DNA of 64,000 nt from an uncultured archaeon (GTDB lineage: Archaea; Asgardarchaeota; Thorarchaeia; Thorarchaeales; Thorarchaeaceae). The stretch covers positions 1-64,000 of the forward strand of contig CAYYQL010000006.1 in assembly GCA_964473825.1 (NCBI GenBank). Reading direction: 5' to 3'. Shown here piece after piece: positions 18,071 through 29,200 of the stretch; positions within the stretch are counted from its first letter, which is position 1; every line of letters starts with the position of its first letter. The notes beneath the pieces are model-generated. The model was not told the origin of the DNA. It made no database searches and saw only the letters and a program-made list of their open reading frames with translations. The position numbers and the translations under genes are program-made.

Positions 18071-19444
18071 TCAACGCTTGTATGTTTCTTCCAAAACCCG
18101 ATCCCATTCGTCCTCCCCATCCTTCGGTCTGCTCTTGCGTGCTTCAGCACGTTCCCTTCTAGACTTGGCAGCTTCTTTTCTCCTCTTCTTGATCTCCCCT
18201 TCGCGCTTCTTGCTGAGAGATTTTTCTTCTTCAGACACAATGCGTTTTGCCTCCGCTCTCCTGGTCATCCAGCTGATGACCATCGCAGCAAAGACGAAAG
18301 TGAGTGTTGTGGGTACCAGAAACAGGAGCACAATCTCTGGTTGGAGAAGCTCGGCACTGTTCTCAATTCCCGGGGGCAATGACAGGATTTGCACAAAGAT
18401 GTTAGGACTCATCAAGAGAAATGAGAGTGCAACTACCGCCAAGAAACGAATCGCCGAACCCATCACGGTGGATGATAAAACATATCCCAGGGAGGGGGCT
18501 GCAGCTCTCGCAGTCAATTCGTTCTTGGCATTCGGGTCCTCATTCAGTAACTCATCTACGAATATCTGCAGACGGCGTACATCGCTGATGGCATCTAGGT
18601 TCTCCAAGGCACTTGTACTACCCGCAACCTTTCTCTCGATTGCCTCTCTCAGGAAAGAAAAGGCCGTTGCCCCTGTGGTCCGGCTCATGGCAGAATGAGA
18701 AGCGATATCCCCGCGCTCAACAGCGCTCTGTTTCTTGGTGGCAGTCCTCAGAGCGAGCAATTGTTTCTTGAGGGTTTCCTCTCGGTCTTCCACCGGTTTC
18801 CCCACAGAATGGCTGTAGACCATCTGATAGCTGATCTCAAGATATGCGAATGAAACAAGAACAAGAATCTGAAGCTCGGAAGTGACGAAGACAACAAAAT
18901 CCGTGGGGAATAGAGCATAATCATAGATCGGTAAATCTCTGAATGCGGCCACAATCAAGATGGCTTGAATGGATACAAAGGCGGCACCAACAAACTTGTG
19001 CTCCATTCTGACCAGTGACTGAAGGAAGAACGCAATACCCAAGGCTGCAAATAGGAAGTACAGAAAAGTGAATGTGCTATCGTAGAGCTCGAGGGCCATT
19101 GACATGATGTTGCCAACAAATGAGATGAACACTTCATTCACATTCGTGACTGGATCTGTTATCGCATATGGCTGGAGATACCACATTCGAAGAATTATGG
19201 TGTTATACAGACCGCTGAGAAGAGTGTTTAGGCTCTGACCTCCTGTGAATATAGCACCCAATCCATTTACAATCAATACAGCAACGAAGAAGACGATAAA
19301 GGAGAGCAGTCGAAATACAGTTACTATGAAGATGTAAGGAGCATCCCAGTCCCAATAGCCTGACAGAAGTGAATAGACTGTATACGCCATAATTGAGAAC
19401 GTGATTAGAGACAGGATTCGAAGAACCCAAGTAACAACCTTCAA
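18071..19444 (-). CDS. Polytopic membrane protein of unknown function, part of the MoxR operon
   Basis: About 7-8 TM and a charged C-terminal tail; start overlaps the DUF58 stop. Confidence 0.75.
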   Translation of the reverse strand: MKVVTWVLRILSLITFSIMAYTVYSLLSGYWDWDAPYIFIVTVFRLLSFIVFFVAVLIVNGLGAIFTGGQSLNTLLSGLYNTIILRMWYLQPYAITDPVTNVNEVFISFVGNIMSMALELYDSTFTFLYFLFAALGIAFFLQSLVRMEHKFVGAAFVSIQAILIVAAFRDLPIYDYALFPTDFVVFVTSELQILVLVSFAYLEISYQMVYSHSVGKPVEDREETLKKQLLALRTATKKQSAVERGDIASHSAMSRTTGATAFSFLREAIERKVAGSTSALENLDAISDVRRLQIFVDELLNEDPNAKNELTARAAAPSLGYVLSSTVMGSAIRFLAVVALSFLLMSPNIFVQILSLPPGIENSAELLQPEIVLLFLVPTTLTFVFAAMVISWMTRRAEAKRIVSEEEKSLSKKREGEIKKRRKEAAKSRRERAEARKSRPKDGEDEWDRVLEETYKR

Positions 19445-20784
19445 AACAGAGCAACCCCCCGCTGTTTGGCAAGATTATACTGTCGGATAATTGTGGGTAG
19501 AAAATCTTCGGGGCCGACGTTCACAACCTCTATTCCAAACCTCGCCAGAGCTCTGGCAATCTTCCTCCTCCGTTCCCACAACTCCTCGGAAACAGCCTCA
19601 GCCAAAACCTTCTCGACTGGACCAAACTGACCCACCGGAGCCTCAAACCACGGTCCGAAGGGACTGATGACCTGAGCCTTATGACCATTGGCAACAACAG
19701 TCTTCATGGCATTCAAGAGGGGAGCCGGACTCTCCTCGAGATCTGTAAGAAATATGAAGAGGCTGCGCTTCCTCGTGTTCTCAACTACATGTGCTACTGC
19801 ATTCTCATAGTCGCTCCATCCAGTCGGCTCAGCCATTGCAAGCGCCTCAAGTACGTCATACATGTGATTGGGCTTCAAGCTAGGCTTCACATAGGAGTGG
19901 ACGATGTCAGAGAATACACAGGTCCCAATGAGGTCTTTGCGCTCCAGACCCATGTAGGTGAGAAGTACAGTGGCCCGGATTGCATACTCCAGTTTTGTAT
20001 TATCGGGATAGCCATTTCCCATGCTACCCGAGGTATCAATCATGCAGACAACCTGAACATTCTTCTCCATCTCGTACTGCTTCACCATGAGATTGCCACG
20101 CTTGGCGCTGGTCTTCCAGTCAATTTTGCGGAAGGCGTCACCCGGGCTATACGGTCTGAAGCCAGCAAAGTCGGTCCCCATTCCAATGACCCTTGTTCGG
20201 TGGGCACCAAACATCAGTCCAAGCTGTCTCTGTTTTCCCAGAGACTCCATACGCCTTACGTCTTTCCAAGTGGGATAGACCAGAATCTCAGTTTCGGCCT
20301 CAAGAGTCCTGGTATAATAGTGAAACCCAAGACGGTCACGCATCACGACCTCGGTGGGTCCCAAGTAGTATCTGCCGCGGTTCTTTGCCTGTAGAATATA
20401 CGAAAAGGTCATGCTGCTTCCCGGTTCTATTCTAGACGCCATGAAATTCTCACCAATTGCCAGAATCCATGTTTCGGGATATCTATCCCATACCTCAATG
20501 AAGTCGAAGTGTCGTCTTGACTTGTTCCGAATGGTGACCCTCACTCTCAGAAAATCACCTGAGAATACCTTCACTTTGTCAACCTTTCGATCCACTTCAA
20601 TACCAGAGATGTTCGCAGTAGTCGCGAATAGAGGCAAGGTAACAACCAAGCCTACAATAAGATATACTCCCAGGGTGGTCAAATAGAAGTTCGAAAACGC
20701 AAATCCACTTGTGAGGAGTAGAACTCCTGCAAAGACAACCACGAAACCTCTCTCTGTAATCACTTTGGACCTTCTCCAGATCAA
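19441..20784 (-). CDS. DUF58 / vWA domain protein
   Basis: N-terminal TM, Ig-like segment, RPYSPGDAFRKIDWK, MIDAS IDTSGSM. Confidence 0.9.
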   Translation of the reverse strand: MIWRRSKVITERGFVVVFAGVLLLTSGFAFSNFYLTTLGVYLIVGLVVTLPLFATTANISGIEVDRKVDKVKVFSGDFLRVRVTIRNKSRRHFDFIEVWDRYPETWILAIGENFMASRIEPGSSMTFSYILQAKNRGRYYLGPTEVVMRDRLGFHYYTRTLEAETEILVYPTWKDVRRMESLGKQRQLGLMFGAHRTRVIGMGTDFAGFRPYSPGDAFRKIDWKTSAKRGNLMVKQYEMEKNVQVVCMIDTSGSMGNGYPDNTKLEYAIRATVLLTYMGLERKDLIGTCVFSDIVHSYVKPSLKPNHMYDVLEALAMAEPTGWSDYENAVAHVVENTRKRSLFIFLTDLEESPAPLLNAMKTVVANGHKAQVISPFGPWFEAPVGQFGPVEKVLAEAVSEELWERRRKIARALARFGIEVVNVGPEDFLPTIIRQYNLAKQRGVALF

Positions 20785-20794
20785 CCCACACAGA

Positions 20795-21781
20795 CTATCT
20801 TGGACAATCTACTTCTCCCAGAATCTTTGAAACTATGCGTTCAACCGTCAGCCCCTCAAGTTCAGCCTCAGGCTTCAGCATTAGGCGATGATTCATTGTC
20901 TGCACACAGAGCCTGCGCACATCTTCGGGGATGACGTAGTTCCTGCCTCGCATAGCAGCCCGAGCCTTAGAGGCGTTCATGAGAACTAGTGAGGCCCGCG
21001 GAGAGGCTCCAAGCAGTATCTGAGGGTCATTTCGCGTTCTAACTACAATGTCACGAATGTACGCTATGATATCCTCGTCGATGAAGACCGTCTTACATGC
21101 ATTCTGCATCTTTATGATGGTCTCCGGATTCGCCAGAGTCCTCAGATTCTCAGCTTCGCCAAGATGTTTTCGACGGATGACTTCAGCCTCTTCTATTCCT
21201 GTCGGATAGTCTAGTACAAGTCTGAACATGAACCGGTCCAACTGGGCCTCTGGGAGAGGATAAGTACCCTCCTGCTCCACCGGATTCTGGGTGGCGATGA
21301 TGAGGAAGGGCTTTGGTAGTGGGCGTGTGACCCCTTCTATGGATACTTGGCGCTCCTCCATCACTTCGAGTAGAGCACTCTGCGATTTTGGTGGGCAGCG
21401 ATTGATCTCGTCTGCCAACACCAGATTTGCAAACACAGGGCCCTTTCGGAACCAGAACTCGCCCGTACTCTGATTGAAGACGTTGCTGCCAAGTAAGTCT
21501 GCAGGCAGCGTGTCAACAGTGAGCTGAATCCGTCTAAACTCACATCCCAAAATAGATGCAAATGTGCGGGCCATGTATGTCTTAGCCAACCCCGGAACAC
21601 CCTCCAGTACAACATGGCCATTGGACATCATTGCAATCAGGCAATCTGTCAGTATGTCGGTCTTGCCAACAATGATCCGCTGCGCTTCTCGTATTATCTC
21701 AGTAGTCAGATTGTGTACCTCTTCGATACTCAGTATCTCCGACGTTCCACCTATCTGTCCACTCGTTTCGTCAACTGTCAT
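20795..21781 (-). CDS. moxR: MoxR family AAA+ ATPase
   Basis: EGVPGLAKT, LADEINR, ATQNPVEQEGTYPLPEAQLDRF, GASPR. Confidence 0.95.
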   Translation of the reverse strand: MTVDETSGQIGGTSEILSIEEVHNLTTEIIREAQRIIVGKTDILTDCLIAMMSNGHVVLEGVPGLAKTYMARTFASILGCEFRRIQLTVDTLPADLLGSNVFNQSTGEFWFRKGPVFANLVLADEINRCPPKSQSALLEVMEERQVSIEGVTRPLPKPFLIIATQNPVEQEGTYPLPEAQLDRFMFRLVLDYPTGIEEAEVIRRKHLGEAENLRTLANPETIIKMQNACKTVFIDEDIIAYIRDIVVRTRNDPQILLGASPRASLVLMNASKARAAMRGRNYVIPEDVRRLCVQTMNHRLMLKPEAELEGLTVERIVSKILGEVDCPR

Positions 21782-21792
21782 TTCGTGTTACC

Positions 21793-23193
21793 TCACCTTT
21801 TTGCATTGATAAGTTTAGATTCGATGTTTCTCACAAAGAAGAAGATCTCCATCATCTCATTCTCACCAATCTTCATACCTGGATTGGAGGAGATTTCTTC
21901 GATTCGCTCAATCTTCTCGAAGAAGCGTTCTTGCTTCAGTGTAGGATCTTTATGTTTCATCATCTCCCAGACTCGATGTGGGTCGTACTTTGTCCACATA
22001 TTCGTCTTTATGATGTCCCGACGCAGTTTCCGGTATATCATCTTCACAACTCGGGCATAGTTACCCTCACGTCTGTAATAGGACATCCTCTCACTGAAAT
22101 ATGTCTGACCCTTGCGCATGAATACTTCCGATACGGCCTTGACCTCAGGTTTCTTCATATCAGGGAGATACTTCCGGATCCCCACAGCTGTGACAAAGGG
22201 GTACAGGGCCGAGAAATATGGCATTGTTGAAAGCCAGAAGGCTCGTGCTAGATAAAGACCGTAGAAGAACTCCGCAGAGGTTGGCGGTACTTCTAACAGA
22301 TGCTCACAGAAGACTACGGGAATGCTGGAATTACCCTGAGTCAACCATCGAATAGCATTGCTTGCAAAACGTGCATTATCCGGCCATAGCTCAATCATGT
22401 CGTTTGTGAAAATGCTTGGATCGCTCGCAGCGACAATTCTACCTGTCACCGATGACGCACCGCCAAATCCAAGGTCTATCGCTCCAACAACAGGAAGAGA
22501 GCCATTCCATTCTCCCTCACTGGGCCAGGGGTCCTCCTTCTCAATATCAGTCTCACACCACGCACGTTCGGTGGTCCATGCTATACCTGCCAGCCCCAAG
22601 GCTGAGCGTGGACTGAGTGCTGTAGCCCAGTTTAGATGCAAGCTATTCACCCCTTGAGTCAGAGCGCCTCCATCAAGTCCTGGCCGCAAGTCAGTTATTA
22701 TGGGGAGCTTCGGGCTCTTGTCATAGGAATCAAGATCGAGAAGAACACCGCCGGTGAATGACAAGATGCCACTGACAGGTAACGGACTCGATCCACCCCA
22801 TGCATTGGAAATTAGAGTATTTAGCAGGAAGAATGAGTTGTTTGCAGTACCAAAGTCGTCTGCAATAAGCACACTACCGCCTGCCATCAGATGATCGAAT
22901 AGAACGAGTACTGCGTCAACACTGAAGTCACGGACTGGCCCCATAATCACGAGAAGCGCATCACCCTCGTATCGAGTAATCACACTCATAGAAGACTGAA
23001 TCGCGTGGGTCTCATACCCTTGTGCCTCTATCTGTTCTCTGAAGCTGCTCAGGCCATTCCAGTCTTCGTTGTAAATCCCGAAATCCTGGGGATATGTTTC
23101 CGTAACGTTGAATGCGGTAGTCGCAACTAACATGCCTACTGGAAACCAGGCAAATACGAACAGTATCATCCAGAGTCCGTCTTTCCAGCCCAT
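21793..23193 (-). CDS. DUF4350-like membrane-anchored protein
   Basis: YNEDWNGLSSF, GGSVLIADDFG, ASDPSIFTNDMI...NARF. Confidence 0.8.
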   Translation of the reverse strand: MGWKDGLWMILFVFAWFPVGMLVATTAFNVTETYPQDFGIYNEDWNGLSSFREQIEAQGYETHAIQSSMSVITRYEGDALLVIMGPVRDFSVDAVLVLFDHLMAGGSVLIADDFGTANNSFFLLNTLISNAWGGSSPLPVSGILSFTGGVLLDLDSYDKSPKLPIITDLRPGLDGGALTQGVNSLHLNWATALSPRSALGLAGIAWTTERAWCETDIEKEDPWPSEGEWNGSLPVVGAIDLGFGGASSVTGRIVAASDPSIFTNDMIELWPDNARFASNAIRWLTQGNSSIPVVFCEHLLEVPPTSAEFFYGLYLARAFWLSTMPYFSALYPFVTAVGIRKYLPDMKKPEVKAVSEVFMRKGQTYFSERMSYYRREGNYARVVKMIYRKLRRDIIKTNMWTKYDPHRVWEMMKHKDPTLKQERFFEKIERIEEISSNPGMKIGENEMMEIFFFVRNIESKLINAKR

Positions 23194-23226
23194 TAGTATT
23201 CACATCATTGGTTGACTCATCTTCAT

Positions 23227-26200
23227 CTACTCGGACATTGCTCCGACATCTATTCGTGGATAGATATCAGTGAATATGCGGACTGCCTCCTCATACGTTT
23301 CCCTGGAGATCTCGGATCCCGAGAACCGCGCCTCTTCGTAGATATACATGAACCTCTCCGCATCGGTGCTCTCCAAGGGGAGCGATTTGAGAACCCTGTC
23401 GAGGTATTCTCGAGCAGTTTCGGAAGCAAGTCGTTCCGAACCTATTTTCATTCCGCACATCTGTTCGAAGGTTCTGTACGCAAGTGTGATAGATTGGGCG
23501 TACTTGCCCGCACCTGCGAGTTTCTTGATATTGCGGAGCTTACTCGGTATGTCCATTCCCGTTCTCTTTGTGGGACTTCTGAACATTCCCTTCACATAGT
23601 ATAGGTACAAAAGCACAACAATCACTGCTCCAGCAAGTGCTATACTTGGTACCAAAATGTCAATGAAACTTTGCATGAAACCACCTGTATTAGTTTGAAT
23701 TTGAAGTGTATAAGACCCAACGGTCATGTTATTGGCATCGGAAAGAATCGTGATTGTGTAAGTGATAGATCCATTTCCCAGTTGCCCTAACCATTTGTGA
23801 CTGAAATTCCCGTCGCTATCGGTGATGACAGTCTCCTCCTGACCCCCGATGGAAATCACCAACGTACGCCCAGCAATCGGCAATCTCGTGCTGCTGCCAT
23901 CATTGTACAAGGTGCCGCTGATTATCAAGTCGTCTCCGAATTGGATGCGTTCAGGGGTTGTGTTATCAAGGTCTGCGCCTATGAAGACATGAACCGCCTC
24001 GGTAGACTGTACCTCATCACCGTTGATGAGGCCTCCACCATTATATGCAAGATTCACAAAATATCGCCCGCTGGCTCGTGACCAGTCAAGAGGAATAGTG
24101 ATAGTAATGGTCGTCCAGCTCAGGGAATTGATGCGCCGGCTCTCCACTTCGGTGTCATTCAGAAACAAAAGCACAGTTCCATCGATTGCGTTACCATCTT
24201 CGTCGAGAAGACGAATATCAATCTGGATCGTTTCTCCAGCCATGACATCTTCATTGGTCAACAGGTCTACAGACAGCTCAGAACGTAGATGTATCTCAAC
24301 AGTCCAAATATCAGGATTACTCTCAACATCAACATATGAGGATTCGGCAGCCACAGTAATCTCGTAGATAGCCGCCTGCGCATCTTGCGGAATCAGAATG
24401 TCAATTGAGAACTCGCCAGCTGTGTCAGTCACGGCGCTCTGACCCGTGGATGATCCATTTGCATAGACCGAGATGGTTACGTCGACGGCGGCGCCACCTT
24501 CATTGGAGGCCGTTCCAGTGATAGTCAGGGTATCACCGCGCTCCAATGTGAAGACTGATTGTTCATCGAGAACAATCACAACGAGGTCGCGGACCTGCAA
24601 GATCTGAGGAGAGGTCTGGGCATCTTCATAGGCAACTGAGGGAGAAACAAACCTGACAACAAAGGGCACATCCCCCAACCAGTGATCCCATGGAATTTCA
24701 TATGAAAGGGTGAAACCCCCACTACTATTTGTAGGTGATGCAGCCTCCACAGACCCATCCCAGACCAGTTCGACAGTGTAGCCAGCCATGGCGGTTCCGT
24801 TTCCAAAGGACAATGTGCCCGTTACAATCACATCTTCTCCCCGGTAGAGTGAAGACGAGATAGAATCGGCTGCGATTGCCACCGGAATGAGCTGGATATC
24901 GATAGATATGGAGTCAGACTGGCTCGGGCTCACGAAAGAATCAGGAGGTAAACAATACGCCCAAACGACAGTTGTGCCCAGTGGTGTGGTGCTATCCAGT
25001 GTGAAGACATACTGGAAGACTCCATTGATATCTGTCTGCACGGTCCCGAGGAGAATCTGACCTTCTGTATCGGACGAATGATCCCAGTAGATATCTACAT
25101 CAACGAAGCTATAAGGTGTCCCGTTGTCCAGAACCATTGTGCCGGTAATATTGAGGGAATGCTCCCGATATACAACAGAGGGTGTTGCCCCAATCGTCCA
25201 GACAATGGTCATAGCACTGATATTGAGAGTGCTCACATCGGACACGGTACCCGCAATCCAGTTCTCCGTTGGTTGGAGTTCGATCCATATGTCATATCTT
25301 CCCGGGCTCGTTGATTGTGGAATCTGCCACAGGATGTAGAAGTAGCCATCAGAATCTGTTGAGACCGTGCCGACATTATTGCCATCGAAGATGATTTGGA
25401 GAGTCACATATGCATATGGGACGTCCGGGCCAGATAGGTCGTAGAAGAGTGTACCATTCAGTGGGACGTAATCGCTGATGTAGTAGTCCGTAGAACCTCC
25501 TGTCATGAATCCGCTGATCAGGGTCTGCCACTGCTCAAGTTGGAGAGGTTCATGAACCGACTCGTTGGTAGACAAGAGTAGCGTACCTGCAAAGGTTGCG
25601 TAAATCTCGATTCCGACCCATTGTGTATGCTCCTGAAAGCCCGTGTGGACGAACGTGCTCTCGCCATTCGCATCGGTCAGGACCCAGTCTATCACATAGT
25701 CGGTTCCGTTATACCACCATATAGTCACATTCTCGCCCGAGATATCTGTTCCATTGGAGAAGTAGAGATGGACATAGATTGACAGAGACTCATTGAGCTT
25801 GACAGAGCTGGAGCTGATGCTGATGTCCAGATTCACCAAGTATCTCTGAGCGTTCACTGTAAGTAGAGAGGTCGTGGCATTGGCATCGAGAGGGCTAGTG
25901 CTTGTGTAGTTGCACTTGAAGTCATACGACCCCTCACTCTGGACACCAAGCGTGAAATTGTAGAGATAGCGAAAACCTCCCGAAGAGTTTGTCTGAACCG
26001 TACCAAGAAGAACCCAAGAATCGCCCTCAAAGAGATAAATTCGAACATCTGCGTCTGTCAGCGGTGGAGTACCGCTGCTGTAGGTCAGATTCCCTTGGAT
26101 GACGAGAGTTTCATCTAGGTAGACTGCTGCGGGAACGTCCATGCTGAAAGTGGGTTGATACAGAACAAGATCGAAACCAGCACCGGGCGCGGACGATGCA

Positions 26201-29200
26201 TTGCCCCAGAGCGCTTCGGTCGAGGTATACTCCGCCCAGACCGTGACAGCACCAGGAGAGTTCGTGGTGGGAGAGCAGGTGTAGGAGAAATTGAAGAACC
26301 CGGATGAGTTAGTCGTCAGTGCAGGATACGAGTCGATTGTACCATCTCCCCAGTCCCAGTAGAGTGTCACATCCTCCCCGGCTATTCCAGTACCGTCCAG
26401 AAAGGCAAGTTGACCGTATACCCAGATTGTTTCATTCAAATGATAGGATGTCGAGTTTGTGCTGGTGGTCAGTGTCAGCTCATAGGGAATGAGATCCACG
26501 TCCCGATTCGCGGACTGAGCATCAGCCCATAGATCAGGTTTGCTGCTGTTATAGGATGCCCAGAGGCGCACGGTCTCGAAACTATCACTTCCGACACTTA
26601 GATTATAGAAAAAGGTGAAAGCGCCGGCACTTTCTGTCAGTCTTGTGTATTGATATGTGGATGTGGAGTTCTGGTAGTATATGGTGACTGTTGCACCAGA
26701 GATAGGAGCACCGTTCTCATCGAAGGTCAGAGTGCCGGAGAACGTTATTGTCTCATCAAGATGATACTCGGTATTATCGGTGTTAGCATTCAGGTTCAGC
26801 TGATACAGCTGAAGCGTAATATCAGGCGTAAGAGTGTTGCTGGAATTGCCATACAGTCGACTCCAAGAAGTGAAAGCAACAGTGAGATTCACAGTACTGG
26901 GGCCATCAGAAGTGTCAAGCTCGTACGTGAAGTTGTACCAGCCAGTTGAGTTTGTGAGGCGCTGAAATGTCTGTTGAAGGGTGCCGTTGTCCCAGTAGAT
27001 ATCGATTGTGGCACCGGAGATTGGAGTCCCGTTTGTGAACTGAAGTTGCCCCCAGACATATACGGTTTCATTGAGATGATAATAGGTGCTGTTTGAGAAG
27101 ACAGAGACTGCCGTTGGATAGTAAGTGACCGTGATAGTGACATTATCTGATATGTCATTGGCGAAGACATCAGAGTCAGGGGCAAATTCTGCCCAGATAC
27201 TGAAGGTTTCATATCCATGGTTGAGGGGAACCTGATGGGTGAACTGATATTGACCATTTCCACCGTCCGTCAACACAACTGTCAGATTATGCGGACCCGT
27301 GCTATTGCCCCACCAGATTGTGACAGGTGCCCCTCCCAAGAGGGCGCCCATCTCAGGAACTGAAACATTCCCTGTGATATTCACATATTCAAGCGGGTGA
27401 AGCGTCGTTTCATCAACGTCTATCAACACTTCGGTGATCCATTTCTCAACTGAGATTGTCATATTAGATGAACGACTGCCGTCGTATTCTGGGTCTGTCG
27501 AGATAAACTCAGACCAGTAGGTGACAGGACCGAGGTAACCTACCGGCACCGTGTAATTCAGTTCGTAATAGCCGCCACCTGTTGTATCCACTGTCCCAAT
27601 CAACTGAGGGGTGGTTCCATTGTCCCAGTAGATATCAACTTCCTGACCAACAAGGCCAGAGCCGTTGAGAACGTCTGTGAGATAGCCAAAGATTGTGATA
27701 TTCTGGTAGGGATGGACTACTTCTGGTGCTCTTGGAGTTGAATCTATCGTGAGACTGCTTGCGCGAATAGTGACTTCAATCTGAACGGTATTACTCCAGT
27801 TTCCAAGAATGCCCGACAGGGTTGTTGTCCAGTTGGCAACAGCATCGTAGGTGCCTGTCTCTTGTCCAGCTGGGATGGTATAAGAACCACTGAAGCCGCC
27901 AGTAGAATTGGTCGAGTCGGAGTCTACTAGCACCCCATCAAAGAACATGTTGATGGTCTCGGAACTCAGAGGGGTGCCATTGAGCATCTCAGCAATTCCA
28001 TCGTAGAGAAGTTCAGCACCGGGATATGCACTTGTGGGCGTCACGGTGAGAGCAATCTCTATTTTCCCAGAGAGGGTGATTGTGGAGTTTTCTGCTGAAC
28101 GCGCTGGAAGGAGAATCGGGATTCCCTCGTCGTTGTATTCTCCCGCGTAACTGGACCATACTTCATGTGTACCCGGCGCCATACGAGAGTCAGCAGGATC
28201 GACGAATATGTCAAGCTCATACGTGCCGTCTGCTTGGATTGTGGCGTTGCCCATCCATGTCTCGTCCCACATGATCTGCATCTGGTCGTTGTTCAGAGTT
28301 GTCCCATCTACCGGTTCTCCTCCCACCGTCATGAGTCCATGGGCATATACTGTGTCGTCCCAAGCTCCAGTGTAATTGTCTGAACCCAGTTTGAGATTCA
28401 TGTCTATTGTTTCGGCAGGCGAAAAGACAGAATCGAAAGATGAAGGGAGGGGTTGCAGAGGATCTGGTTGAGCAACAACATAAAGCAGAGTGAAGTTTTG
28501 AACATCATAGGTTGAGGCGTGGTATGTAGCAGTGATGTTGTGGAGACCAGGAGTTGCTCCCGGTTCATAGGAATAGGTGATGTTTGCCAGAGGCAACTCT
28601 GAGCCCTGTTCAATCATCGTACTGCCCAGCAGCATGTTATCAGTCAGATCACGAAAGACAATGAACTCTGATGTGGAAACAGGGACATAGTTAACCATGA
28701 GGAGGGCACTCAGAGTAAATTCATCACCAATCTCTATCCACCCTTCTGGAACATTCGCCCAGACCCATAGCTGAACATCGCCTTGTTCTACATTCTCGGG
28801 TATCTCATCTCCACCCATGTCAGGAGGGAGGGGGATTGGAAGTATCTGTCGCCATTCTCCACCTTCTGATGATTCAGACATAGGGATGAAGACCTCAGCC
28901 CAGAACATCATGTGCTTCACCTTGAGAACACGATAGCCGTCCTGCGCATCACCGATTGCATAGCCCTTTGCAATCCGTGCAGGAATGTCCAAGTATCGCA
29001 TGAAGACGCAATATGCGGTGGCAAAGTCCATGGGCAAACCACCACCTCGTTCCAAGAACCAATCCGTGACTTCTTGGCCAGAATCTGGACGTTCAAAGAC
29101 CTCTGGTTCCTCAATCATGAGTTCAAATGTGCTCCGGAAATAGCTTTCGACAACGGATGCGGTCTGAAAGGCATTATCACCAACGTCCTCGAACTGAGTG